Assembly: GCA_964016885.1 (NCBI GenBank)
Contig: OZ024743.1
Coordinates: 258,602,001 to 258,666,000 of the forward strand
DNA: 64,000 bases
Source: Eledone cirrhosa
Taxonomy: Eukaryota
Direction of reading: 5' to 3'
Shown: positions 51,360 to 64,000 of the stretch, in pieces
How positions within the stretch are numbered: position 1 is the stretch's first letter
Layout of the letters: each line of letters opens with the position of its first letter
Position numbers and translations under genes: made by a program
Notes under the pieces: generated by a model
What the model saw: the letters and a program-made list of their open reading frames with translations, nothing else
Databases searched by the model: none
What the model was told of the DNA's origin: nothing

Positions 51360-52337
51360 CATACATACATACATACATATACACATAGATATCCCAGCAT
51401 GACTGCAATTGAAGAACTGAAACCAGTAAAAGAACAAAAGAAATGTCTATACACGCACAAACATAAGTTGCTGGACTGGCAATTTTTGGTGTCTCTGTTT
51501 TTCCTGCTTTAATATATATCAAGGATCTGGGTTTTTCTTGTTCCTTTAGTCTTGTCTTTAATAAATTAGTTTTGTTTTCTTGTCTTCGATCATTGGCAAT
51601 TGTTATTTCTCATATATTTATTTCAAACCCAAAATCTGATCCTTTGTCCATTTTGTATTGTGTTGCTCAGGATTTTTGTTTTTGTTTTTCTGTGTCATAT
51701 TATGTTATTTACAATTAATATTTTTTATATTAACTTCAAACCCCTAAATTTGTTGATTTGCTTCTTCCATTGTCTTGTTTTATTTTTTATAGAATTATTT
51801 ATTTTGTTGTATTTTTATTCTTATAACGATATTCACAGTTGATATATTTATATTAACTTCAAACCCACAGATATGTTGATTTTTTTTTTGTTTGTTTGTT
51901 TTATCTTGTCTTACATAGCTTTGGGATTTTTTTTTTTTTCTTATTTCATTATTTGCAATTGTTTTTTGTTTTTTTTAAATTTAACTTCAAACTCCAAACT
52001 TGTTACATTTCTTTCTTTGCCTTGTCTTGTATAGGATTTTTTTATTTAGTTAATTTTGTTTTTATATAATTTCTTCTTCTGTTATTTCTTCAAACCTCAT
52101 CTAAGAAAAATCTCATACCACTGGTACAAGTTTGCCAAACAGAATAAAGCCTTATTGTAGCCAACCATATTGCATTGTGTTAATAATGACAGTGAAAGTA
52201 GAAATAATAAAGAAATAAAGAAATAAGTTAACAGGACCAGGAAAGTGATTAAACCAGGTGTGTTCCAGGTGTTTCATAGTGGTTAATATGTTTACTCATT
52301 ATAACTGTCTTTGTGTGTGTTCTCTTTATTTCTTCGC

Positions 52338-52524
<187 letters not shown>

Positions 52525-52991
52525 TTGGGGTTTGTTTGATGGGGGTGCTGGGGTTGGATTGGGTTCAATTGAGAAGGGAGGCAATATAACAGCAGAAATG
52601 GGCAGAGGAGTAATGGTGGCTTCAGGCTAAGTTAATAATATAAACTGCCCACTATCACTGTCAGATAAATTGAAATGTAAGCATTTTAATCCTCCCCCAT
52701 CGCCACCCGCCATCCCCACTCCACCCTGCCACCTTTTTTGGAAAGATTTGGTTAGGATGACAGGAATGATATTAAAATATTCTCTCTGCTGATTGCAAGA
52801 AGAAAACATGCTTGGTTTTACTCTTTAATCTAACCTTTTTTATCATTATTTCATTCTCTTTCTTTCCTTTTCTTCTGTTTTTCTTTTATATTTTTTCTTT
52901 GTTTTTATTTTGAAGTGGGGGGGTAAGGCAAATCTGCAAAAGTTAATGATGATGGAATGAACCAATATTTATATGAATGCAACAAGTGGGT

Positions 52992-53028
<37 letters not shown>

Positions 53029-54543
53029 CTACAACCATCACTCACAACCAACTGACTATGACGTGGTAGTATGTTTCATGCGTTTGCAATAGATTTTAGG
53101 TGGCCATGCTGTCGTGAGCTGGCACATATACACTCATGACCCTCTTTCTTTTTATCCATTAGAGCATCCAGGATAAGACAACTGGAAAGAAAGACAGCTT
53201 CACCAGTACTAGGCTGGTGGTTTCTTTATTAACCCTGAATTGTTGAAAGTCAAAGGGCCTCAGCTGGATTAGAACTCAGAACAGAGAGACCCAGAACAAA
53301 TATCCAATGCTTTAATCATTCACTAAGAAGGAAAGTGGCAATGACTTGATAGTTTCATTTTTCTCGAAGTGACCAAGTTGAAACTTTGACATCACTGCCT
53401 CTTTTCTACTTAGAAAATATATTTCTTCATTGTACCACTGAGTGCTCATTCACTTAATGTTTGAATATTTTGAACACTACCGTATTCTAAATATGCATTC
53501 TAATATGCATACATATACGTGTGTGAGTGTTGTCCTTTCCAACCAGATACAGTTTCTCATTTCAGTCATTAATGTTGTTTTTGTTGTTGTTTTACCGCAA
53601 TCTATCCCCCTCCTCTATTTGCTACAGAAGAAAGACAACATTAGTATCTAAAGAATAAAACTATATAACTCTTATACAGAGTAGATGGTTACTGTTTTAG
53701 TTTATTTTCTACTTGTATGGCTTTTTTTTTATATTGTATTGCTCAATAGTTTTTGATTCATCGTTGGAACTGTTAAATATGATTCAACATTTTATATTCA
53801 GCTGTGAGCTGCTTATATATGAAAAGATCTAAAAGTGTTGTTGATATTACTTTGCAATTAATTGATCGATACAGCATCTCCTATCAGATTAATTTTGGGT
53901 TCAATACAGTTTGCAAACATCAAGATAGATTTATATATGTTAGAGTAAATTTTGACAAGAAATTATCTAATCTAACATTACACTGAAGTATTTCAGTTTC
54001 CTTATACGGGAAATATTTATAAGAGCAGAGCAAACAAACGCTGATAGAAATATCTTTTTGATCTTTCTCCTTGCCTTTCTTTCCCGCCGTTTTCACTGAT
54101 ATTCTAACAACTTGTAAGCAGCTCACGAAGACACATAGATCAACAGAGTTAGTGAGTGAGAGTGATAGAGAAGGAGGGAATAGTTGAATGATAGAGAATG
54201 AGGGGGGGGGGGTTATCTATTGACAGTGATATCTATTGGCTGTGATCTGATCTGATCACCAACAGCATAGTTTTAACTAAGACAATATGCTATGTTCCAG
54301 TTCTCTCTTTCACATATGAAAATTGAATTATTTCCTTGACAGAAATATGGCTCAAAGAAATTTATATCAATTATAAATGTTAAAGTTCAATTATTCAATA
54401 AATTTGCTGATAATTCTTAATGATTGAAAACATCAAATTTGCCTTTCGATTGAGGCTCTTATCTGATACCTAAAACTAGGTGAGCACTTTCAATTATTCA
54501 ACTTAATGTTGTGTGTGTGTGTATTTATGTATGTATATGTATT

Positions 54544-54880
54544 CATCATCATCATCATCATCATTTTACGTCCGCATTTCCCTGCTTGCAAGGGTGGGAC
54601 GGGAACTGAATCTGGCTTGATTTCTACAGCTGGATGCCCTTCCTAACGCCAACCTCATTTACAGTGCTGGGTGTTTTTTTCCGTGGCACCTCCACGACCA
54701 CTTTGCAGTGGAATGATAGGGACCCCAATCCTATCATCTCATTTCTACAGCTGAGTAAACTGGAGCAATGTGAAATAAAGTGTCTTGCTCAAGGAAACAA
54801 CACATCACCCGGTCTGAGAATTGAACTCACAACCTTTCGATTGCAAGGCCAATGCTCTAACCACTAAGCTATGTGCCTCC
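54544..54880 (-). mobile_element. tRNA-derived SINE with RTE 3' end
   Basis: Paralog of 8729-9056. Confidence 0.85.
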
Positions 54881-54899
54881 AGTATTATATATGTATATG

Positions 54900-54930
<31 letters not shown>

Positions 54931-55369
54931 GTTTGTGTGTGTGTGTGTATGTGTATGTATAGTTTTTGCTTCATTTTAATTACAAGTAGAACTCAATCAG
55001 AGTTTATTGCGAAATATGATACCTTTGAATATGAAAAGACTAAGAATAAACTCTTGGAAGTCCTGAAAAAAGAACCACAGCTGTTACTGTCTAAAAACAA
55101 GATCCCTTCTTCCTTTACTCACCAGTATTGGATGCCCTAAAAAATCATTTATAATCATTGACGACCCTCTTCCCCTTGCATCATCTTCCTATAACTACCA
55201 CTACTCTCTTTAAGCCAGTTAAAACAATATATCAAAAATACTCTACAGATCTGTTTATATGCTTACAAAATCGACCAAATCATTTTGCATTTACTTTCCA
55301 TGCTGGGTTGGGTTGATGAAACAAGTCATGATCCAATTACCATGTCTCATTCATATACTCCATATTTTG

Positions 55370-55960
55370 TGATTTTTTTCTACAGCTGAATGACTTTGTT
55401 ATTGCCATCCACTTCACAGAATGTACTGGGTGTATCATTTTATCACTGCACAAGCACTGACACAACTGAAAAGTCTTTTCAACCAAGTTTTTGGCATGGT
55501 TTCTATGGCTGGGTGCCCTTCCTAATCATAACCACTTTACATCGTATACTGGGTGTATTTTATCATGGCACCAGCACTAAACCTTTACATAGTGTATTGT
55601 ATGTATTTTATCATGACATCAATACTACCCCTCAAGAGGGTGTATTTATTGCAATTTATCACTGCACCAACACTAGCAAGGTTGTCATGTACTCAGCAAG
55701 ACTGAAGAGATGTGTCAACCTCATATTGTCTCTATTTTGTTTCCACCCACTTTACAGAGTCTACCAATACTACCAGTTTATAGAATGTAAAGGGTGCATT
55801 TTACCACAGTACCATCACCAGCACTATGGAAGTTGTCCTGTCTTTGACACAACTGCTGAGTATACTCAACCTTTTTCTCACATAGTTTCTACAGCTGGAT
55901 GCCCTTCTTAATGCCAGCTACTTTACAGAGTATACTGGGTACATATAATCGTAACACCAG
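55370..55960 (-). repeat. Degenerate tandem array of the RTE/SINE 3'UTR repeat unit
   Basis: Recurring CTTTACAGAGTGTACTGGGTG..CACCAGCACT and CTACAGCTGGATGCCCTTC motifs. Confidence 0.55.
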
Positions 55961-56567
55961 GTCTGTTTATGCATTAGAAAATCCACCCAGTCACTTGATA
56001 TATTTATAAAATCCAAACTGCTTGTTGTTGGCAATTATTAGCAAAAGATGATTTTGGTGTGGCAGTTTTCTCTGACATGCTCATAAAGAAGAATTAATTT
56101 ATGGTAAGGTATCTGAAGAAGAAGAATGTGATAATCATAGACTCTGTTCAATTAGAGGTTTGTTTTTATCTTTTACTCTTACCAAGAAAGAAAAACAAAG
56201 AGAAAAGCTGAAGATCTTCAACAATAATTGGATAGCAACACTCCTACATGGTGCCAATTCCACACACTAATCACAAGAGATGATAGATCTGTCTATATAT
56301 ATGTGTGTCGATTTGTTTGTGTATATATATGTAGGCATATATGTATATGTATGTGTGTAAATTTATATATATGCATAAATATATATATATATGTGTGTGT
56401 GTGTAAGTGTATATATATATATATATATATATATATGCATATATATCCCAACAAATTAAATATAACCTCTACATATATATATCTATATATGCTAGCAGAG
56501 AAAGCAGACATTAAAATGATGATGATGGTGATGATATATATGCATGTATGTGTATATATGAATATGA

Positions 56568-56603
<36 letters not shown>

Positions 56604-56729
56604 ATACGCATATATATATGTATGTAATATATGTATATGTATGCAAAAAGTAAATGAAAACAATAAAGCAAACAACACAGTATAATGAAGAAATATATTA
56701 GTTTAACGCTTGATAGAGTAGAAAATGAT

Positions 56730-56765
56730 TCTTTACATTTTGGACACTAGTCCTTCTTCAGAAGA
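56730..56765 (-). ncRNA. Decayed minimal hammerhead, paralog of 340-375
   Basis: UCUU-CUGAAGA-AGGAC UAGU GUCC-AAAA-UG-UA-AAGA (G12>A). Confidence 0.5.
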
Positions 56766-58309
56766 TAGAATGAGACATAAAAGTTGAAATAGAAAGATAG
56801 AGAGTGGGATGTGGAAGGAACAGGGAAAAAATATATATAGTATGATATAATGAAGTTTCATTTTAAAACATTTTTATTGTGTATCGACCTTTCTATATAT
56901 TTCACAGATGATTGCTTCATGATCTTCATCAATGTGATAGACATGAATCCAGCATTGATCTGCCCATCAGATGTGTGAACCCAATCAAAACATTTCCATC
57001 TCTAACATCCATAACATTACTGTGCATGTTTGTGAAGTGGCTGGTAAGTGCAAAATGTGGCCTGCCAAGTGAAACCAATGCAGTGCCATGGTGTTTTGCA
57101 GTGGCAGGGACATGCTTTACAAAGGAATTTCTTCATTTTTTAGTTAGACTTTTTTTAAATGCTATATCTGGCAAAGGAGAGATGGAGCATGAGGCTAGCA
57201 AACTTACCTCCATTAATCAAAATTGATAAAAATTGCTTCAGAAACAATGAAGAGATACCTGGCTTATGAGCTGTACATGACAAGGCTTGCAACCATGCAG
57301 AGTGATCTTTCATCGTACAGGGCTCCATAAGGAGCAAAAAGAACTAAAGGAGAGTACTGTATAGCTGGTAGCTAGAACGTAAACAAACTTATGATTTTTA
57401 CAATAATGTGCCAGCTTCAGCACTCAATCATCAGAAGAAGGGATGTCAGTATGAAAGCCAAACTCCCTATCTTCATTTTAGTGTTCCTGTCTAACTTTAC
57501 TTATGGTCATAAAACTTGGGTAATGACAAAAAGAACATGATTACAAATACATGTGACCAAAATAGGGTTTACCTGAATGGTCTTTGGAATTGCATTACTC
57601 AGTAGAATGTGTAGCTTGAAGATCATAGAAATGCTTCCGATTAAGCTGCTATTTTCCTAAATTCGAAAAATCAGAGCTCATGTGATCAGAATATCTATGA
57701 AGAGAGTCACTGGACAGATTTTATGGGCAAAGCCGACCAGCAGGAGACTCAAAAGTTGATTATGAGCAAGATGGTTGGATGATAGCCGTAAGCTTGCTTG
57801 GTCTTGCTTGTGTGACAGCCAGATTATTTGGAGATGTTTTTTTTCCGAAGCTCCAATGACACTCACAAGAATACATAGGTAAAGAAAGAAAACACAAACA
57901 TTCAGTAAGATGCAGGTACCTGGTACTGGTAGTATGTTAAATCTGGAGGTGGCAATAAAATTCAGTAAATGAAATGACAATAAAAAGCTAATAAAATGAG
58001 AAGTTAATAAAACAACTGATAGAAATATAAAAATGAAGGAAACCAACAATATTAGGCAAACTACATGTTGGTATATTAGATCTAGCCATCAACACCATAT
58101 GTAGAAATGAAATAACAGATTATAGGACTACAGGGATCAGATATTTAGTTTGTTGTACATTTCAGCAGAATCAGAAACGACCGTTATGGTGCTCTCTCTT
58201 GGTTGCTAAAGATCAGTGGTGAAATCCACCACTTTTAAAATTTATAGCAAAGCTATGAAAATGTTTATTTACATGAACATTTCACATATGATTCAATATA
58301 CAACCCCAG

Positions 58310-58368
<59 letters not shown>

Positions 58369-58408
58369 TATATGTGATGATAATGATATATATATATATA
58401 TATATATG

Positions 58409-58670
58409 TGAAGTAATTCCATCGGAAAAGTCCAGGAAAAAAGAGTGCTCTATGTAGGCAACAGAGCTTAATTATTATTATTATGTAATAAACAACATAA
58501 GGCAATTATTCCATTTACCAGTGGTTTCTTAAAAGCAAAAGGTTTTGCTTTCAATCCTCAGAATGAAAAAATCCAGGATTTTTTCATTCTGAGGATTGAA
58601 AGCAAAACCTTTTGCTTTTAAGAAACCACTGGTAAATGGAATAATTGCCTTATGTTGTTTATTACATAAT

Positions 58671-58676
<6 letters not shown>
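58409..58676. repeat. Perfect 203-bp palindrome (58474-58676) plus a left extension, in (TA)n
   Basis: Centre at 58575 (ATCC-A-GGAT). Confidence 0.95.
58582..58641 (+). ncRNA. Type I hammerhead (identical mirror on minus strand 58509-58568)
   Basis: Stem I UUUCAUU/AAUGGAA, CUGAGGA 58589-95, stem II UUGAAAGCAAAA/UUUUGCUUUUAA, GAAA, CCACUGG, GUA site. Confidence 0.85.
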
Positions 58677-58767
<91 letters not shown>

Positions 58768-59089
58768 TATGTGGGGAGTGGAGGTATTTGTATGTTTTTA
58801 TGTTTGTTTTATCATTACATTATTTTATTATATTTCATATGTCTAAAACAGCCTTTCATTTCCAATAACATTTCTATATCAACCCAATTTCAGTTGTTGA
58901 TATGTCAAACATGATATTTAGCGATATGAAAAAAAAATGTTTTGTAATATTTTGTCCCCACCACAACTGCTGCATTCTTCATCTTATTATTATTATTGTT
59001 ATTATCAGTGTTGTTGTTTCTTTGTTCAGCTTCTAATGCTGGAGATATGTTAGTTTAGCTGTTCACTACCAATCAACTGAAGTAACACC

Positions 59090-59720
59090 CTTTATTTTTC
59101 AACTACCCTCTGGAGTATTTGAGCTGCTCCGAGTAATGCTCTTTTTTTTGTAAATGTTCCATCCATATTGTAATCCCTATTTGTTTAATGTACTTCTTAA
59201 GATTTTTACTCACTTTCCCCAAGACTTCAATTATTATTGGTATTACCATCCCATTTTTCAGTGAGCACAAGTGCTTAACCTCCCAAGCTAACCTGTCATA
59301 TCTATCAATATTTTTCCTTCTTTATCACATACTTTGTTATCATCTGGTTAGGCTATATCTATGATCCAACACTGCTTGCTTTCATTCTCAATTAATACAA
59401 TATCTGGTCTCCCATACTCAATCTCATAGTCACACTGTATCACAAAGTCTTACAGGATCTTTGCATTATCATTTTCGACAAAGCCCTCAGAGTTATGCTC
59501 GTACCACTTTTCTGCTCTGTCAACAGCATATTTGCCACAAAGTGCCCAATGGACTATCCTTGCTATGTTGCCATGACGTCTTGTATATTCTTTCTAAGCT
59601 AGTGGTGTACATTGACTGGTAATATGCAATACAGTTTCTCAATTCATGCCACAAATTCTACACTTATCAATTTCTGCTCTGTGGCCTACTCTATGCTTGA
59701 TGTAGTTAGTTCTTAGTGCT
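59090..59720 (-). pseudogene. Restriction-like-endonuclease LINE (R4/Dong/NeSL-type) C-terminal remnant
   Basis: Minus strand gives KCRIC..ETVLHITSQC..YTRRH..IVHW and RPDIVL..WIIDIA. Confidence 0.75.
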
Positions 59721-59929
59721 TGTATTGGTAATATTGGTAGAGTGTTGGACACTCTGCTTCATGGTATAGAGTTTCGGTCTTTTATGCTCTGAGTTCAATG
59801 CCCGCTGAGGTTAGCTTTGCCTTTCATCCTTACAGGGTTGTTAAAATAAAGTACCAGTCACATACTGAGATCGATTTAATTGACTTTCTCATACCCCAAA
59901 ATTGCTGGCCTTGTGCCTAAATCAGAAAC

Positions 59930-59981
<52 letters not shown>

Positions 59982-60189
59982 GGTGACCTACGTAGTAAAT
60001 CGTATCATCGTGAGCTCCGCAAAGGTTTGTTATTTCCGTTTGTTAAAAATTGCCATTTATGGAAAATTTTATTGTTAACTGTTTATAAGCACACATACAT
60101 TGTTTTCCGAAAAGGACACCCAAAAAGATTGGGGCCTTGTGCCCAAAATTTTAACTTTTATTATTATCCAAAAATTTCTTTGAAAAACA

Positions 60190-62182
60190 ATGGCTAATTC
60201 CCCTCTGCACGAAGCAGCTGAAAGCCTTCCTCACAAAATAACACCTCACACCGACACCACCATTGTAAATGTTACTACGTTTGCCAACACAAAAAAAAAT
60301 ATAAGCAGTAGCAATATTTTAAATTTGTCTCAGGCAGACATTCATTTCCCGCCATTACCAATGACTGCAGGTGTTAAACCCTCCACCACCACCACCACCG
60401 CGACAACCACCACCACCACCACCACCGCGACAACAGAAACAAAAGAAGAAAAAAATAAATTAACTTGTGACGTCGAAATGAAATCAAGCAAAATGGACTC
60501 TTCCCCACCAAAGACGACTGACGTCACCACCACCACAACTGAAAATAAAATTAATATTAACGATAGCAACAACAACAACAATGACATTATAAAACCGACC
60601 CTCAGTTTCGCCATCGTAGCAAAACAATTCGAAGCGTTCACGGTAACTCAAGAAGATTTAGAAAATGCCAAACAAATGGTAAAGAAAGATGGGTACAGGG
60701 TCAGCCCCCCCCCCCCCCCCCCCACCTAATAAAATGGAGCATCGACGCCTGTGCACCGTGTCGTATAGAACAATAAATGTAAAATCGCGCCGAGTGGAAC
60801 GGGCATCCGAGTCCCAAATCCAAAAAGGTTTGGGACATGTGTGGGCAAGAAAAACCCACATCAGACGTGGGCAAAAGTATGGAACCGTGGATGTGTTCTT
60901 TGAAACACCAGAGGAGGCTAGAGAACACTCCATGGCCCCATTAAAAAGTGACGACCTCACACTCGTCCCAACCTATTGTGGCCACAGACTCGTAAAGATC
61001 AGGGTGACCCACGTTCCACCGGCCATCGAATTCCCTGGCTAATAGCGGCTGTCCTCGCCGGCATCGAAGCCAACACGAAAGTAATAGCAGTAGCAAAAGA
61101 AAAGCAGGAAAACTGGTCCGGATCTGGGATGGAGCTCCTGATCCAAGCGGACCAAAAAAGCATTGAGGAGATCCCAGAGGTAATAGACCTCACTGACGGC
61201 AGCCACCTCACGGTAATTGTCGAGGGCAGAAGACCTAGGTGTGTCGTTTGTGGTGAAGGAACCCACCTAAGGGCTTTCTGCCCTCAGGCTAAAAGGTTGA
61301 GGCCACCTCTCCTACCCACCCCAGTGACACAACCATCAACACCACCAGTAGCAGAGAAGGCAGCAACAACTGTAGCAGCAACAACAGAAGCAACTATAAC
61401 AGCAACAACCCCAGCAACAGTAGCAAAACCAACACCACTACCACCACCAGCAAAACCAACACCACCACCACCCAACGCTTCAGAACTAGCACCAGCGCCT
61501 ACACCATCCACCACACCACAACCAAAACTAACGGCTGTGGAGGATTTTCCACTCCCCGGCCTATCATAACTGGAGACAGATTGTGACGACGAGGAGTGGG
61601 AAACGATATCCGGAAAAAAAAAAAGAAACCAAAAAAAGAAAAAATTCTCTTCCTTCCCCCTCCAAAAACAAAATACAGAGGGAAACAAATAAACTAAGAA
61701 ACAAAAAAGTTAGGACAGATATGCCACCATCCACACCAGCATCACCAACCCCATCAACCCAAACACCAACACCATCACCATCATTATCCCCAGCACCACC
61801 ATCACCTACACCACAAAAGTCACCAAAATGCGAAACAGAAACAAACCCACAACAAACGCAAACAAAACAAAACAACCAAAACGATACACACTACACAGCA
61901 TTAAATTTGAACAACAAGCAATTATTACACTACATCCAACACAACACCAGCATCACAGAAAAAGACTACACAACAACCCCAAAATTCACACCACCTCCAC
62001 ACATACAAATCACTCGCATCACACAGAAAACGTACATGACACTAAAACAAAAATTCCCCAAAGACATCGGAGACTTCCGACAAGCACTCTCCAGGAGGAT
62101 TTATAAGGACATCCTTCCTGAGGAGGCCACAAGCAGTGAAAAGGATGGAAAAGCCGTCCTTCCCCTACGAGAAGTAAGGTAA
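60190..62182 (+). CDS. LINE ORF1 (RRM-like region, CCHC knuckle, Pro/Thr-rich), frame breaks in homopolymers
   Basis: Consecutive ORFs 60190, 60689, 60976 and 61583 join at the C-run (about 60705-23), near 61035 and at the A-run (about 61614-24). CVVCGEGTHLRAFC knuckle. Confidence 0.75.
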
Positions 62183-62216
62183 GTGGTCTTTCCCATCTTT
62201 TCCACTCCTTTTCAAC

Positions 62217-64000
62217 ATGACCTCACTCAGAATAGGCAGCATAAATGCGCGTGGCTTGGGGTCGTCATGGAAGCAGGGCCACCTGCTCAACGACCTCAGG
62301 TCACTAAACATAGATGTAGTGGCCATCAGCGAGACCAGAATCTCCGAAGCACAGGCTTTCGCACCGATCTTCGGCGGCTACGATGTGTACGCATCTCCCA
62401 GCCGTCCGGGATCGGGGGGAGGAGTTGCTGTGCTTTTTCGGAGAGGTTTGGATCTTGCCATACGGGCCATCTTCCTGCACCCAGAAGGTAAGTTGGTGGT
62501 GCTGGACGTGACCAGCGGAGACGGCGAAGCTTTCAGGTTAGTGGCCGTCTATGCCCCGACAGGAGCAGGGCGGCCTGATTTCTTCCGGCGTCTGGAGACC
62601 TTTCTTGGAACGTCCCGCTCTTTAGTGTTAGTGGGCGACTGGAACGGGATCTTAGATGCACGCTGGGATTGTGTGGGATTATTGGATAGGGAAGGAGGGT
62701 GCAAGAGTCTCACCAACCTGCTCAGACGTTTTGAACTGTCTGACAGGTACCGAATGGATTTCCCGAATGTACCAATGTGGACTTGGACAAATCGCATAGG
62801 GTCATCCAGATCATATCTAGATAGAGTATTTTGTAGGGAAATAGATAGGTCTAGCATAGGCTGTCCACAATTCAAGATAGTCAGCTACACGGACCACAAA
62901 TTCGTGATCTGTGTGCTTGACTTAGATAGGCTTCATAGACGAGGACCCGGCTACTGGAAGTTAAACGCGTCCTTACCAGCGCGCAAGGCCTACAGAGACC
63001 GGATTTGCGAACTAGTTAAGCGGGCGTTGACGGGGGCCATCGTCAACAACAAGTGGTGGTTTGCTCTGAAAAGAGCAATTAGAATAGAGTCCATTAGGTT
63101 TAGTAAGACTTTAGCAATAGAGAAAAATAGAGCAGAGGGAGAATTAGTTAGAAAATTAGATGAGGCGCTTAGTAAAGGCATCGCGACCGACGTACTTGCG
63201 GCGAAATTGGCCCTTGACCAATTCTTCAATGCAAAGCACGAAGGCTGCGTTGTCAGAGCTAGGGTGCGTGCTCTCAGACACGAGGGGACGAAAGCCGTTC
63301 AATGGGCCCGAGTGGCGGAGGCGCGTCGTGGCAACAAAGCCACGATCCGGTCTTTGGTGGACCACGACGGGCGCATGCTACTCGATCCCGGGCAAATGTG
63401 TGAAGCTTTTCAGCGACACTTCGCTCAACTGTTCGGGGGCAGTGGCGGGCCGGATCGAGGGATGGACTTTAGTGTCTACCTCGACGGACTGCCGCGGCTT
63501 TCGGCCACTGAGGCGGAGTGTTGCGAAAAGCCGATAACAACTGCTGAAGTACGAGATGCAATGACTAGTTGCACAAGGGGTAAATCGCCTGGTTTGGATG
63601 GTCTGCCCTATGAACTTTACGTACAAATGCCAAACTTGTTCGGAGGCCTCTTGGCGGACGTCTACTGCAACTGGCAACAGAACGGGAGAATTCCCAGCTC
63701 TGTGATCCGAGGAGCGGTGGCGCTGCTGAGAAAGGATCCGAACAAGGGGGATAACATAGATAATTTTAGGCCCATAACTCTGCTAAACACAGAGTTCAAG
63801 ATTTTGGCCAAGGTGCTAGCAAAGAGGTTGGCGCTTGTCGTTGGTGGTCTGGTGGGAGAGGCACAGACATGCGCCATTCCCGACAGATCCATCCACGACA
63901 ACCTCCACCTCATGCGATACATCGTAGAGAGGGTAGCTAGGGAACCTGGCACGGGTGGGTCTTTGATCAATTTAGATCAGTCGAAAGTCTTCGATAGGGT
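62217..64000 (+). CDS. LINE ORF2 APE endonuclease-RT (open to the window end)
   Basis: MTSLRIGSINARGL, SET, VYAP, GDWN, YLDRVF, TDH, GPGYWKLN, KSPGLDGLP, FRPITLLN and LDQSKVFDR. No stop seen. Confidence 0.92.
   Translation, partial: MTSLRIGSINARGLGSSWKQGHLLNDLRSLNIDVVAISETRISEAQAFAPIFGGYDVYASPSRPGSGGGVAVLFRRGLDLAIRAIFLHPEGKLVVLDVTSGDGEAFRLVAVYAPTGAGRPDFFRRLETFLGTSRSLVLVGDWNGILDARWDCVGLLDREGGCKSLTNLLRRFELSDRYRMDFPNVPMWTWTNRIGSSRSYLDRVFCREIDRSSIGCPQFKIVSYTDHKFVICVLDLDRLHRRGPGYWKLNASLPARKAYRDRICELVKRALTGAIVNNKWWFALKRAIRIESIRFSKTLAIEKNRAEGELVRKLDEALSKGIATDVLAAKLALDQFFNAKHEGCVVRARVRALRHEGTKAVQWARVAEARRGNKATIRSLVDHDGRMLLDPGQMCEAFQRHFAQLFGGSGGPDRGMDFSVYLDGLPRLSATEAECCEKPITTAEVRDAMTSCTRGKSPGLDGLPYELYVQMPNLFGGLLADVYCNWQQNGRIPSSVIRGAVALLRKDPNKGDNIDNFRPITLLNTEFKILAKVLAKRLALVVGGLVGEAQTCAIPDRSIHDNLHLMRYIVERVAREPGTGGSLINLDQSKVFDR

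Larger units (their letters stand above)
59982..64000 (+). mobile_element. Tx1/L1-clade LINE, 5' end present, runs off the window
   Basis: Starts after an (ATT)n tract. 5'UTR, ORF1 and ORF2 follow. Confidence 0.92.

Noticed and set aside
56900-58000. Complex non-repetitive stretch with 104-aa and 123-aa ORFs
   Set aside because: No recognisable motifs. Probably a decayed element or intergenic DNA.

Overview
AT-rich, microsatellite-dense eukaryotic intergenic/intronic DNA. The repeat families and (TA)n load suggest an octopus/cephalopod genome (inference). No host gene is confidently recognisable. The window is almost entirely transposable elements: two RTE-clade LINE families whose RT carries an inserted PHD-like finger (one copy with an intact 956-aa ORF), a compact 4.1-kb LTR retrotransposon nested in an RTE, a 5'-truncated Penelope-like element (RT + GIY-YIG), DD37D (maT) mariner remnants, a young Tx1/L1-clade LINE at the right edge, an RLE-type LINE remnant, tRNA-derived SINEs sharing the RTE 3' end, and a TTAA-flanked MITE. 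The main observation is about 15 mostly non-coding elements of unrelated sequence, most sitting in (TA)n tracts as asymmetric head-to-head inverted repeats. Most carry a type I hammerhead ribozyme motif (intact, variant or decayed; several on both strands) and a shared GAGYRC-like motif near the 3' end. The protein-coding Penelope element at 33.6-37.3 kb has the same architecture, pointing to a large, diverse population of ribozyme-bearing Penelope/retrozyme-like hairpin elements. All ribozyme calls are manual secondary-structure readings, not covariance-model hits.
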